A stretch of DNA of 64,000 bases from Camelus ferus (taxonomy: Eukaryota), in contig NC_045697.1 of the NCBI RefSeq assembly GCF_009834535.1, positions 41,604,001 through 41,668,000 of the forward strand, read 5' to 3'. Shown one piece after another: positions 36,481-49,911 of this stretch. Numbering within the stretch: the stretch's first letter is position 1; each line of letters starts with the position of its first letter. Position numbers and translations under genes: made by a program. The notes beneath the pieces were generated by a model that searched no databases, was not told the origin of the DNA, and was given only the letters and a program-made list of their open reading frames with translations.

Positions 36481-37090
36481 ATTGCAGCATTATTTATAGT
36501 AGCCAAGACATGGAAACAACCTAAGTCCACTGATGGGTGAATGGATAAAGAAAAAAAAAGTATATATATACATACACACAGTGGAATATTATTCAACCAT
36601 AAAAAAGAAGGGAATCCTGCCATCTGTGTCAACATGGATGGACCTTGAGGGGATTATGCTAAGTGAAGGAAGTCAGAGAAAAGCAAATACTGTATGATCA
36701 CACATTATGTGGAATCGAAAAAAACTGAACTCATAGATACCGAAGCAGATTGGTGGTTGCCAGAGACGGGGCTGGGAGTGGGAGGAGGGATGGTTGAAGG
36801 TGTTCTAAAGGTCTAAACTTCCAGTTATAAAATAGATAAGTTATAAGATAGGTGCAATGCACAGCCAGATAACTACAGTTAACAATACTGTACTGTATAT
36901 TTGAAAGTTGTGAAGAGAGTAAATCTTAAAACTGCTCATTAAAAAATTTTGTAACTGAGGTGATGAAATGAACATTAGCTAGGATTATTGTGATAACGAT
37001 TTTACAATATATACATATATCAAATAATTTTGTTGTACACTTTAATGCAATGTTATATGTCAGTTATGTCTCAGTAAAACTGTGGGGAAA
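36481..37090 (+). mobile_element. L1 3' end (L1MA-like) inserted into an L2 remnant
   Basis: attgcagcattatttatagtagccaagacatggaaacaacctaag ... atggatggaccttgagg. Degenerate flanking repeat aaaggtgagtaagtctc / aaaggtgatcaaaactc. Confidence 0.88.
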
Positions 37091-37329
37091 AGGTGATCAA
37101 AACTCAGGTGGCTCCTGCCCTCACTGGACTTACAATCAAGCAGTGTGACAGGTTTTTTTTTTTAAGTTAATCTAACTTAATTTTCGTAACAATTTATGAA
37201 GTTCTATTAGTTATTTTATTAATGCTGTGTTACTTTAAGGCATTTTCTTGATAAGCACTAAAAATAAGCAGGAGTCTCAGACACAAAATAACGTGGCAGG
37301 GCCAGCCCAATTTAGATGTAATGAGACTT

Positions 37330-37740
37330 GATGAGGATGGTGAGGTGCGGATTAGAGAGAAGCAAGAATTTCCGTAAGGAGACTATTTAAGGGCAGTCTC
37401 TGCAGTACTTGTAAGACGTGATAATGGAAATGGAGTTAAGTGGGTTAATTTGAAAATACACATTGGAGGTAAATACGGGCCTTCATGGATTGGATATGGG
37501 CGGAGATGAGAAGGAAAAGTGAGGGTGACTTCTGCACTTGAACAGATGGGTATTTAAGAGAATGACTGGAGGAGGGAAATTTAAGGTTAAGAGAGAGGTC
37601 AGAGGTTCTTCAGTTTGGGACATATTAATTTTCAGATATTTTTGAGACATCCAATTAAGGTGATCAGTAGATAGTTGTGTGTGTGAATCAGGAGCTTTAG
37701 AAGACATCTTAGTGAAGATAGTATCTTGGCATCTTGAGTA
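37330..37740 (-). mobile_element. L2 LINE remnant
   Basis: atggattggatatggg ... ttcagtttgggacatattaatttt ... tgagacatccaa. Confidence 0.65.
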
Positions 37741-38797
37741 ACACAACATTAATTTAAAATGTGCTACTTGGTTTATTTAAACTTTTGTCCTCAGCTTATT
37801 TAATGCCATTTTCCTAACATATTTAAAGCTCTGGAAATAAACATTTTGCAGTAGCAAATAGAACTCCATGCAGTAAACATGTAGGGGATATGGCGCTAAA
37901 TCCTTCAGGCCATCCAGGAGCACAACAACTTTGAGGACAGCAGAAAATGTACTGAAGGGCATCATATGGTAAGTGTACCACAGCGATTGCACAGATCAAC
38001 TGCTGCAGGGGTAGAATTCAGTTTCTTAAGTATCAGCCCAAATGTCAGAGTAGGGGAGGTGAATAAAGAAAAAATGAACAGTAGATAAAGAGGAACGGAG
38101 CAGTAACAAAGGAAAGCGGTTCAGGGGCTGGAAGGAATAGCTAATTCACATTTTTAGAGTCCAGAGGTGTTGGGGTCATTCGCAGTTAGCAGTGAGCACC
38201 AGCTGTCAGATTAATGGAGGGCAAGCATGGAGCAGGAAACGCTGTGCTGGGAAGGCCTTGGGGGACAGAGGCTAGGCCCATGGGCTGGGCAGTGCAGTTT
38301 ATTCCTGTCGTAATTGTATGTCCTGTGTGCAGGAACCATTTGCAATTCCTGTGGGTCACTTAATGGGTCTCATTAATTTGGCAGGTGTCAAGAAATAGTA
38401 CCGACCTCTGAGCCAAAGGAACCTCTTACCGTCTTTAGTTCCGTTAATTTTAGACATAGTGCATGTTTACTACAAGGCCAATCAGAGAGTCACCGTTTCA
38501 GAGTAAAGTTTCTTGCACAAATAAAGATGATGTGCTCAATATACTTCCACTCCTTAGCTGACTCTGACATCATCCAGGTTCTGACACTCACCTAACTTGC
38601 ATGCAGATTTGTAAGGAAAATCTTATTAAAATAAAACTATTAAATATGAATCAGACTTTGAATTTTATTGCCAGGAAATAGGCAAAGGTAAGAATGTAGT
38701 AAGAATAACCCTGGAAGAGCAGTGACCTACTTCTGCCTCTTCCGTCTTGTGGAAACAATGTGCAAAATCCTCTTTAGCAAGAAGCACAGTGGCCATC

Positions 38798-39580
38798 AGT
38801 AGCGGGAGACCATATCATTTCTAAATTGGGAAAACTTAGACAGCGAAAGGCACACTAAAATACATTGGTGGGTGTCAAAATAGTACTATTGAAATTGAAA
38901 AAAATTACGTAAAACATAAAAAATTAATGCAAATAAAATTTTAAAATGTGTTCACATTTGATTACCTAAATATTAAAAATATAACATGAGAAAAATAATT
39001 ATTCTTCATATATCCTCATGTATTGTAATCAACTGAAACTTTTTAGCCCTATCTTGTCTGTCATTTGGTTTCACTGGTATTTTCCTGAAGAAGACTTTTT
39101 TCAATGTGATTTTTATTATTTGATTTGTTCAGCCTTTCTTGCTTCAGTTCCTTCCACCACATTTCAGTGTGCTTTTATTGACAAGTATTCGTTTATAATA
39201 ATATCTATTCCCTAAAGTTCTTAAGAGCTGAAGTATTGAGATGCTCCATTCACTAAATCCTATGATTAAAGGTTTTTAAGTGATTTTGGAAAAAATGCAT
39301 CTGAAATTTAGGACTTACTTACAAAAAGTTGTTCTTCAATTGGAATTATAAGGGGTGCCAAGAAAATGCTGATTGCCTTGCTGAAGCATCTTTACTCTTT
39401 GTTTCAACATCTGCTTTGTCTCCAAAATTTTGTAATAAATTTTGCATAAAGTTATGTACATGTATGTGTAAAAATATTTACAAATCTTGGCCACCTTTAT
39501 CCACAAGGGGATCCTGCCTTTTGCATAGAAAAAGATCCAGGCAAACTCCACAGCTGATTGCTCTATTTGACTGTGAGTTA
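38798..39580. mobile_element. Old hAT DNA transposon remnant (Blackjack/MER94-like end)
   Basis: The terminal gggagaccatatcatttctaaattgggaaaactt ... gaaaggcacacta resembles MER94/Blackjack ends, followed by AT-rich internal sequence. Confidence 0.4.
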
Positions 39581-39594
39581 CTGCTTGTCAATCG

Positions 39595-40008
39595 TTGTGT
39601 TCCTCAGAAAATACACTTTGAGATGATGATCAGATGCAGAAAATTTATTAGGGAGTGTTTTGGGGGTTTAAAAGGAAAGGACGGAAGCAGAGAATGAAGT
39701 TTGGCTGCAGTGAAATCTCAGTGGAAGCCTCAGGTGACCCTGTTGGGAATTCTGAAGAGGGAATCAGCCTTCCCAGCTGTCCTAAACTGGGGCGAGGTGG
39801 CCAGGCTTTTATAATCCCAGGTTTATCAGTCACTGATTGAAGGCTGCTCATGAAGAGAGTGTAACTTTGGTTGGGCAGCTCTTTTCAGCTGAGGTTATAA
39901 CCACAGGGGGCTCAGAGCTGAGGGGCTGCTAGCAGCATTCCCACCGGCTGGGATAAAGTCCTTTATTCCTTAAGGGGAATCTTAGCAGTGCGTCACAGCA
40001 CCCGCACT
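39595..40008 (-). mobile_element. ERVL-class solo LTR (LTR16-like)
   Basis: gttcctcagaaaatacactttgagatg ... tttattagggagtg ... ccctgttgggaattctgaag ... cagtcactgattgaaggctgc; recognised by eye only. Confidence 0.55.
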
Positions 40009-40311
40009 GCCCTTTGATGCACTAATGGACTCCTGTTCCTGGGTTTTCCCCCCAACATGCTGAGAAACAATTTTCAGAAAATCAGAAACCAAAAATGTCT
40101 AGAGCCCATGAGAGTTATAATGTATAATGAAACTTAGATATGCCTGCTTCTAAACTTCCTGTTATATAATATAACAAATCTCTTTAATAGTTAAGCCCCT
40201 ATTAGTCATAATTCTATTACTTGTAATCAAAAGCACCCCTAACAAAGTATAAGCAAATTGATCTAGCCAAGCAATTCAATGACAAATTAATCCAAAAATA
40301 AACTGATGGCT

Positions 40312-40562
40312 TTTTAAAAAAATTTATTTTGTATTGAAGTATAGTTGATTTACAATGTTAGTTTTAGGTGTACAGCAAAGTGGCTCAGTTATGCATATAT
40401 ATGTGTGTATATACTTTCAGATTCTTTTCCATTATAGTTTATGACAAGAAATTGAATATAGTTCACTGTGCTATACAGGAGGTCCTTGTTGTTTATCTAT
40501 TTTATATAGAATAGTGTATATCTGTTAATCCTAAACTCCTAATTTATCCCTCCCCCTTTCCA
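40312..40562 (-). mobile_element. L1 3' UTR fragment
   Basis: tattgaagtatagttgatttacaatgttagttttaggtgtacagc ... ctcctaatttatccctcccc. Degenerate TSD ctgatggctttt / ctgttgactttt. Confidence 0.85.
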
Positions 40563-41241
40563 TCTGTTGACTTTTGATGGGGGGATTAGGGAAGGCCTCT
40601 ACTGAGGAGACGATATTTAGACTGAAACTTGAATTACGGGATTGAGTCAGGCAAGTGAGGATGTGGGAGGAGCATTCCTGGCAGAAGAAACAGTTACAAA
40701 ACCCTGAGGTAGAGGTGATTTTGCAGGTTGGCCATGACTAGAGACTGTAATGTTTGGGCATAAAAGTGAGATATTTGAGGGCACTGGGTAGAGATTTTTT
40801 TGATAGTTTTCAATTAAAGTCTTGGCTTTGGGAAAAGGTCAAAGTGAGAACATGGGAACATGGGAAAAGAGCAGTGAAGGGTGCAGTATATATTCCAGGA
40901 CAGAATTTGCCCTACCCAGCTATGGCTCAAGATGCCTGAGGTGTTCAGTAAAGTTTTTAAAAAAATTTATTTTCTAACACATAAAGTTTTTCTCATAATG
41001 CCTAGAGATTTTTTGTTTATTTTTTATTTTTTGGCCACAAACATAGTAATGTGATCAAGCACATTTTATATGTCATTTGATTATAAATGTAATAGGGAAG
41101 GGGAACAAGAGAAACTATCAAATAAATAATTATGACTTAGGAAGAACATTTAGCAAGAGGTTATCTGCAATTACCAGAAGGGAAAAAAGCAAAACAATGG
41201 ATTTTATGTTGAGAACAAGACTTGCCTACAGGGATGTGTTT

Positions 41242-41262
41242 TGTGTGTGTGTGTGTGTGTGT
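41242..41262. repeat. (TG)10 microsatellite
   Basis: Read directly. Confidence 0.93.
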
Positions 41263-41739
41263 TTATATAAATACATTCAAGGAAGTAGACATGGTTTTAT
41301 TGCATTATAAAACTGGATTAAATGACAGGAGTAAAACAACAGAAGGCTATATCTTTCTTTTATGGATGAATCTGGTAGAAGTGGAGTTAGTACTGTATGT
41401 CAACAAATTGCTAGAATATGTTTAGCAAAATTGCTGGAAAGTTGCTAGAAGTTGCTGGAAAATCTTCATAAAGATTTTTAACTTTTTTTACCTGCAAGAT
41501 GACAAAAGAAAAACTACTGAAAGAAAAAAAAGTAGAATTCTATAAACCAAGACACAAAAAAAGAATGACAAGAGTGATGGAAAACTCTCAGAGATTAATT
41601 TGTGACTATGCAGCAGGGATGCCAATTTGCAGATGTGTTTGCTAAACTGCTGCCAGTAATCACTGAGGAATTACAGAAAATGGGAAAGATTGTAGTGTCA
41701 GCCAGGGTTCATGGCAGGAGACAGAAACATTATAAGTAG

Positions 41740-42322
41740 GTAAAGACTTAATATGGTAAATTGGGTGATTGCAAAATCATTGGAAAGCCTGGAGAAGTGG
41801 TCTCTAGTCTGGGCTTCCTGGAATGACTCCCAGACACCAGAGGGCTGAATTGCCAGGGGAGCTGCCACCTCTGAAAAACTGAACTTCCAGAATACATGAT
41901 TGTAACCGAGATTTGGGAAGCACAGAGCTGGAACTGTGCACTCGTTACTGCCGTCATCGCCACGCCATCATGCTGGTTACGGGGCCCCGGAATCTGGAGA
42001 CCACTGCTGCCTCTGCTTCAACCTCTCTTCTCACCTAGGCATCTGGACAGTGACATGAATCGCTGCTTCAGAAGAAAATCTCACGTCTTCATGAGACCTT
42101 GTTGCCAACCGAGAAATGTTAGGAGATGACCACCCTCACTTTTGCCTTATGAATCTCTCATGGTTGCATCTGCATGGCAGGGCCATACTGGAATCCAGAG
42201 TACTAGCTGCAAAAGCAACCAGGAATTGTATGTGTAGCTCTCAAGTCTCTTCAGAACAGGAAGGCATGATGCAGGACATAAATGGAATTTCGGTGAGCCA
42301 AAGCACAGTATTCCATACAACT
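41740..42322 (-). mobile_element. Old MaLR LTR (MLT1K-O-like)
   Basis: GC-richer block with tagctgcaaaagcaaccaggaattgtatg, typical of old MLT1 elements. Confidence 0.5.
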
Positions 42323-42769
42323 GTAGACAGGCAAATATTCTTATTTCTTTAGAGGGAAGAAAGAGGTTATGAGAGACACCTGATGAACTTGACATTGGTC
42401 CTAGTATTAGTTAGAAAATATACTCTGTAAGTCATTAGGAAAGGATGTAGTGATCACTGGGAGTACAGGTTTCATTAAAAACAAATCATACAAGATAGCT
42501 TATTGGAGTGGTAAGTAATAGAACTACAGACCTATAATGTATCTGGATTTTAACAAAGCTCTTGCCTCAAACTTTTATATCCTGGGACAAACTTGTGAAA
42601 TGTGGTCAAGATAGTGGTATAGTTGAATGGATTTGTGATTAGTAGAAAGATTAAAAACTGCTGATTAGTAGGTAGATGTCCAATTATAGCACATAAATAT
42701 AAAAAGTTATTTTTTATCCTAGCCTGCATTACACAGTGGCTCCACCAAGGACACTGACTTTGAAAATAC

Positions 42770-42970
42770 TGATCGTCATTATTTATTGAGTGCTCGCTCT
42801 GGGTGAGGCACTGTAGATATATTACTACATCATTTATGACTGACAACAATCTTGTCAGGTTATTATCATCTCTGTTTTTAAGTATGTGGAAGTTGATGCC
42901 AGAAAGTGTAAATGAATTGGTCATAGCTCCCCATCTAGTAAGGGGCAGTGCTGAGATTCAGACCTGGAAC
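42770..42970 (-). mobile_element. MIR SINE
   Basis: atttattgagtgct ... aggcactgt ... acaacaatcttg ... gctgagattcagacc. Confidence 0.65.
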
Positions 42971-43562
42971 TGCTTCAAGAAAGAGGTACCAGAGGGAGAG
43001 AGAGCGTCACCATGTTTCTAGGAGAAACTGGCAAGAACCTGCCAGGATCCCCACGGGGCGGCATTTTCTCAGTTGTCCCACTTGGGCTCACTGTCTTGCA
43101 GGATCTGTTCAGTATCTCTGGGACTCATACTCACATTGACAAGCCTCACTAAAGGCTCACACATGAAACCAGATGCCAATTTATTAAATTATGAGATATG
43201 TAATAGCCAAGCTAACCAAACATGGGCAGAATTCTTGCATGCAAAATTCTGAAGGAGAGCCCGATAAGCAGAATTTTGACTGCAGAGGATAGAGTCAGCC
43301 CAAGGAGACACAGATCAGATTGCTAACTGGCTGCAGTCTCCAACAATCACAATAGGGATGTCTGCCTGGCTGACTGGATCCCTGGACCTATCTGGGAGAG
43401 CACTTTCTTATTTGGCCAGGCGAACCAGAATTTGCCTCTCTGACTCTTTCCTAGGTCCACAGGACTGACTACTATTTTTTTGCTAGATATTTTAATGATT
43501 TAAATTGTTTGTGCTTAAAATTTAGTCTTTCTCTTTAAGGTGATTGTTCTGATCAATTTCCT

Positions 43563-43744
43563 TTTTTTTTGTTTGGTTTGGTTTTTTTGGCTTGTTTTTT
43601 AATATTTAAAAAAATTTATTTTCATTTGGGGGATGAGATAATTGGGTTTATATATTCATTTCAATGGAGGTACTGGGGATTGAACCCAGGACCTCATGCA
43701 TGCTAAGCACACACTCTACAACTCAGCTATACCCTCCTACTTCA
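43563..43744 (-). mobile_element. tRNA-Ala-derived SINE (camelid vic-1-like, longer tail form)
   Basis: Same tRNA-like head as 14836-14952. 15-bp TSD with one mismatch (TCTGATCARTTTCCT) at 43548-43562 and 43745-43759. Confidence 0.88.
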
Positions 43745-45596
43745 TCTGATCAGTTTCCTGCTGATACAATTTCTTAACTTCAGAAAGCAAGTTCAGTTCC
43801 TATATTTCCAAATTCACTGTTGTCCTTGTGCATTACCTGTAAGGCTCCTTTGACTCTTTCCTTTACTCATGCTGCCATTGATAGGTTAGCGAGAACAAAC
43901 GCAAGAACAGAAGTCCCAGTGCTGACATACAGAGTTGAATAACAGCAGAAATTTTGAAAAAGGCAGAATTTTTAATTAGCATAGGCTCACTGTGTGTCAA
44001 TAGTGTGTGATGTATTTACCCAAGAAGCCAGGACAGACTTAGCTGTATTAACTGTGTCAACAGATTGAATGAGCAAGCAAGTGAATGAAGGAGTTAATAG
44101 CCTTTCTCTAGTCTTTACTGACACTCCATGCTTAGAGTAACAATGTTTATTTAGTCAAGGGTTCACATTTTCAGAGGGTATCAACAGACAGGAATATATT
44201 CAGAGGAAACTGACCAGATGGTAATAGGACTTGAAATCACACTCTGACAAATGGTGGTAGGACACTGGTGATATTTAGCTTAACAAAGAAAAGACTTAGG
44301 GGAAAAATAAGAAAAGCTAAGAGTTATTGAGTGTTTACTGAATGCGTATAGAGTAGACTGAGCATTGTGCTCAGTCCTTTAAAGGATTTCAAACATTATG
44401 GGTCTATCATAATAAAAAGGGAATACTTTATTTTGAGTTGCTCTGGAAGGCAGGGCTGACAGTAATCAATAGAAATCACAGAGAAATAACTCTGCTCATA
44501 AGAATGATGACATTTCTGACTCTCAAAGCTGTCCAACAATAGAATGAGCTGCCTTGATACAAAGGGGTCTGTATTTTTGAGGATGCTCAAGCAGACTGGT
44601 CAAACTTTTGATGGATATATTTTGGAGAGGAGTAAATACTAAATGGAGGCATAGACCAGATAAACTCTGACTGTACAACCTTACTCTGTGAGTCTTTCAT
44701 TATCTTACAATACAGTTATTCCTTTCTTTATCTTTCAATTTAGTGGCATGAGCCCTAACTGGTCAATGTCACTTTCAGTTCAATAGATCTGTAGGATACT
44801 GGTTGCTGCCTTCCATCCTGGCAACTAAGACAAAATCCAGCATAACCCAAATTTGCAGGGATGGGAAACATTTTGTGAGTGGGTTTATTAGGTATAATAG
44901 CAAGAAGAAACTCATTTCCTTTTTTGATCGCCATGTATTCTGAGCATGGGAGAAACAAACAATACTCTGTATTGATTGCCTTTTCAAAGCATGGTAAATG
45001 ATCATTCTCAAATAGTTTGAAAACTTCAAATGTTAGTAGCATTCATTTCTGTCTTTGTATTTAAATGTAGTTATTTATGCTTCTGAAATCCCCTCTGGTT
45101 GTGTTCCTTATTTCAAGCTTTGTTATTGTTAATACACTTTGAGCATCAGCTCACTTATGTATTCACGTCAGTTAATCTCACACCTTAAAAACTGGTTCCT
45201 GCGAATGAGTAAAGAATGAATGTCCACTCAAAATAACCAGAGAATGTTAAAGTTTTATAGCTAAATATCACATATTAATATCACATTATAATAGATATTA
45301 TTAGATATTGATAATAATCGATATTATCTTATCAGTAGATGAGAAATTCAAGCCCAGAGAGATTAAATGACTTGCCACAGTCACACAGCTAGTGGGAAAG
45401 TTGAACACTTTTCTTTCTTCTTTCGTTCCCCACTCACTGATGCAATTATATGCTGTTTTCTTTTCCTAGCAAATAGAATGTTTCCATACTAGTCACTCTT
45501 ATGTCTTTATTTACAGTCTGATTGACACTGGACTTGAGGAGCAGGTATTTGAGTACATTCCTGACTCATATTTTCCCTATCCCTATCTTTAGTTGA

Positions 45597-45860
<264 letters not shown>

Positions 45861-46481
45861 TAGGAAAGACTTTCTTTACTTTGCAATTTCTGTCTCTTAA
45901 GATTGTTTATCCTGCCCATATGCTACATTTGATTTCATTGTCCTCATAGTAGCTTTCTGCTTAAAAATCATCTGAAAACCATATGGCGTGTAGGGGATGA
46001 ATCTGATAGATATTTCCCTGTTAAGAAATAAACTGTATTTGGTTATCTTGATCAAAATTAACCAGAGAGCTTCATGCTTTTCCAAAACAAAGAGACAAAC
46101 AAACCAAAACCAAAAATATCTTATAGAACAATATACTGTATTTCTTTATAATTTAAATTTAATTATTAACAGGTGAAGATTTGTATCTCCTTTTTGTTTT
46201 AGCTATAGGTGGCCTCCAACTGTTCAGTGTGCACACTGTGCTTTGGCATCTTGCTTTTTGTAGGGCTGGGCAAATGTGCAGGGACATATCTGCAAAGCGC
46301 TTCAGAACAGGATTGTCAAGAACATTTCTCATTGGAACTCAGTAGGGAACACTATTACAGGGCTTTCTTCACTTCAGAGTATAATCTTCTTCAACCACTG
46401 TCAGAGGTGTCGAGAACTCTTTCTATGCTTTCATTCTTCTTAGTAAGGAGAAATGGAAGATAACTGCTGTTTTAATAAAGA

Positions 46482-47035
46482 CAATGTTCATAGCAACATT
46501 ATTTACAATAGCCAAGACATGGAAACAGCCTAAATGTCCATCAACAGATGACTGGATAAAGAAGATGTGGTATATTTATACAATGGAATACTACTCAGCC
46601 ATAAAAACCGACAACATAACGCCATTTGCAGCAACATGGATGCTCCTGGAGAATGTCATTCTAAGTGAAGTAAGCCAGAAAGAGAAAGAAAAATACCATA
46701 TGAGATCGCTCATATGTGGAATCTAAAAAAACACAAACAAACAAAGCATAAATACAAAACAGAAATAGACTCACAGACATAAAATATAAACTTGTGGTTG
46801 CCAAGGGGGGTGGGTGGAAAGAGATAGACTGGGATTTCAAAATTGTAGAATAGATAAACAAGATTATACTGTATAGCACAGGGAAATATATACAAGATCT
46901 TATGGTATCTCACAGAGAAAAAAATGTGACGAAGAATATATACATGTTCGTGTATAACTGAAAAATTGTGCTCTACACTGGAATTTGACACAACATTGTA
47001 AAATGATTATAAATCAATAAAAAGTTGAAAACAAA
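46482..47035 (+). mobile_element. Young L1 3' fragment: ORF2 C-terminus (MFIATLFTIAKTWKQPKCPS...ICGI*), 3' UTR and poly(A) signal
   Basis: Uninterrupted ORF 46484-46726 typical of the L1 ORF2p C-terminus; AATAAA at 47016-47021. Confidence 0.93.
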
Positions 47036-47351
47036 TAAATAGATTATAATTATAATCATTACATATACATATAATTTATTACATGTAAACATGTAATATA
47101 AATAATTATTATAAACATATAATAATAACTCCCTACAAAGTTTTTCTTGAGTATGAAAATCACAGAATATAAGAAATTATCCATGCAGTTTTTATAAACA
47201 AGTGAATTTGTCATGAGGCTAACCGTCTATCAGTGGCACTAAGAAGAAGCAAACGTATGAGTTGAAAGATATTTAAAATACAAATAAATGGATTTAGGCC
47301 TAATGAGTGTTTCTCTTTTCCTCTATTACTCTACTCCAATGACACTTTAGC

Positions 47352-47650
47352 TCAGTCATTTGTTTGACAAATACTTGTTAAATGAATAGAATGTGCCAGG
47401 TATAGATCTAGATGCTCTAAGATGCTAAGAATACAGCAGTGAAGATAGGAGAGACAAATTCCTGCCACGTGGTGCTCACTGGGGAGACAAAGGCAGTCTG
47501 CAAAGTAGGTAGGTAAGTGTATAGAATGTCAAATACTAATAAGTGGTATCAAGTAAAATGAAGCAAAGAAGGAAGATAAAAAATTCTGGTCAGTGCAGAA
47601 TGGGTAGGGTTACTCTTTTAAACAGATTGAGCAAGAAAGGCTTCACTAAG
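47352..47650 (-). mobile_element. L2 3' end
   Basis: tcatttgtttgacaaatacttgtt ... atgtgccagg ... atacagcagtgaa ... aaaggcttcactaag. Confidence 0.6.
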
Positions 47651-48821
47651 AAAGAGAAAGCTTATGAATTATGTACCCACCTCTCATTTGGCCATGCGAG
47701 GAGCAGATTTCTATAAAGGAATACGGAAATGATGGAAAGGATGATTCCAAAGAAAAGTCATTCTACTAAAACAATTTGTTCTTTCTGTGTGTTAAATAAA
47801 GGCAGGAGATCGATTAACCGCATGACCAGTGCCAACTCCTTCTGTGATAGCAAAGAGTATGAGAAATACTGTAGGCCATGGAAGATGGACATGAACAATA
47901 AAGCAACTGTGTGGGAAGTTTTGATAGTTTTTGTTTTCATATATTTGTATCTCTCTAATCCTCCTTCCAGCCCCTATAATGCAATAAATACATTTGGAGG
48001 AATTCTCAGTTACTTGGCCAATTTGAGGGAGTCATACCCTCATCCTTGATTGGAATATGGGGGTTCACATTTATGATACCTAAAATGGATTTCCAAATTG
48101 AAATGGGAATTTGTAAGTGGAATCCTGCCTGCTACCCCCTTTTATGTGTGTATGTATATATGTTTGTATGCATGTATGTTTATAAGTCTGTGGAAATAAA
48201 TTTCCAGAACTTGTTAACAGAGATGAATTTCACCCCAAATATAAATTCCACATTAGTGCTTGTAATACTAAGTAAAAGCAGAACTCTGTTAATGCTGTGG
48301 AAAGTAAAGTGAAATAGTAAAGGAATCCCAATTAAATTTTCAATAATAGAAGAGCCAATCCATTTAGAAAATGAACACAATTCTAGGAAGTGATAGCTGA
48401 CATTATTGTGGGGCCATGACAAACACTGATTCACATCTGTGCATTTTAAGATGCTCGAATGAAAAAGGAACCGAGTCAGATTCCTGCCTGGAAAGCACTG
48501 AACAAAAATGGAAATAACCTGTGATGATCTGATTCTAAAGACAAGATATTTGATTAGTTATTAGTAGGAATTCAGATTTATAATGGACCAAAGAAAGAAC
48601 AGAGGAGAAATCCTGAAAAGGGAAATCAAAGAAGATGAAGGTGATAAAACATGGGCATGGCAACAAGAATACATAGTGGGGACTTCACCTTTTAAAATAA
48701 TAATCCTTCATTTACATAACATTGTAATTCTATTTTCTAGACTAATTTAGATTACCTAGATTATTTATTTACCAGGTAATATGGATTAGCATTTTTTCAT
48801 CTTTAAGGGTTGTTTGTATGT

Positions 48822-48840
48822 TGTGTGTGTGTGTGTGTGT
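48822..48840. repeat. (TG)9 microsatellite
   Basis: Read directly. Confidence 0.92.
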
Positions 48841-49772
48841 CCTACACACAGTCTCTGATGTTTCTGTTTGAAGAAATATAAAAATGAATTACTTTCCAAG
48901 ATTGATAAAGTACTAGAAAAACAGGCTTATGATGTATGTTCCATTGATATATGTAGACATTTTTCAAAACACACCATAACTAAGTATACAGAATAACAAA
49001 GCACAAATTAAATTAAAACTTTAATCACAAGTTTTAAAAATATTTTGAAACAATTTTATTTCTATATGCGTATTTCATACCGCAAAGTTGCTTCAGAGGA
49101 GATAGATAATCCTGGATGTTTTGATATGTTATAACCGTTGCCATGTATATATATGTAAAAGTATTTGATGATATTGTCACTTTTTTCCTCAACAAAAATC
49201 TTCAACAAATGAAAACTACTGAAGCTTTAAAACATTCCCTAGAATTGACTGCATTTCTCAGATATTAAAAACCATTTTGCTTTATTTATTATTTCATGCT
49301 TATGAAGTTTACTGAAATTCATTAGTTCATGTCTTAAAGATGTGTAAATCTTAAGCTTATTTTTGTGAAATGGTTGTGTCTGTCCTACGAGTAGAAGATT
49401 GTTCTCTATATTTTTTAGTTCTACTTCCCACTGACACATTAATACAGAATATTTAACTGAAAGAAAATTTTGAGTTATATATGCATGCAATTTATTTGCA
49501 TAAAACAAATTTCTTTTCAAAATTTACTTATACTAGAAGATAAACTTCTTTACTATTTAATATATAAAATAACTAAATCAGGAAACAAAAAAGTTTAAGA
49601 AACAGCATTTTGATAACTTCAAAAATACATTTTCCATTAAATTCATCATTGATATCATCTAAGATATACCTTTCCTCACACATACCATTGAAGCATTAGT
49701 TTAAATAATATTTGAGTGTGAAATAGAAGCAAAAGAAACCTTTAGTTTCAACAACACAAAAACTCTTGACTC

Positions 49773-49911
49773 AGAATACCTTCTTGACATAGAACACTGC
49801 CTTGACTTAGAACACTGCCTTGACTGAGAACACTGCCTTGACTGAGAACACTGCCTTGACTTAGAACACTGCCTTGACTGAGAACACTGCCTTGACTTAG
49901 AACACTGACTT
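49773..49911. repeat. 18-bp minisatellite AGAACACTGCCTTGACT(T/G): six near-perfect units (49791-49898), one partial unit and one degenerate leading unit
   Basis: Read directly; the six full units differ only at the last base (T,G,G,T,G,T). Confidence 0.97.

Larger units (their letters stand above)
41560..44700 (+). mobile_element. Fragmented ancient CR1/L3 LINE (pieces near 41560-41720, 42430-42690, 43970-44310 and 44470-44700), interrupted by younger elements
   Basis: Pieces such as ggtttcattaaaaacaaatcatac, tatctggattttaacaaagc, aggctcactgtgtgtcaatagtgtg and gctgtccaacaatagaatgagctgcct resemble successive L3 segments in collinear order. Confidence 0.55.

Noticed and set aside
49773..49911. 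Possible CRISPR-like array
   Set aside because: Units are directly adjacent with no unique spacers, and the context is a mammalian intron. It is a minisatellite.
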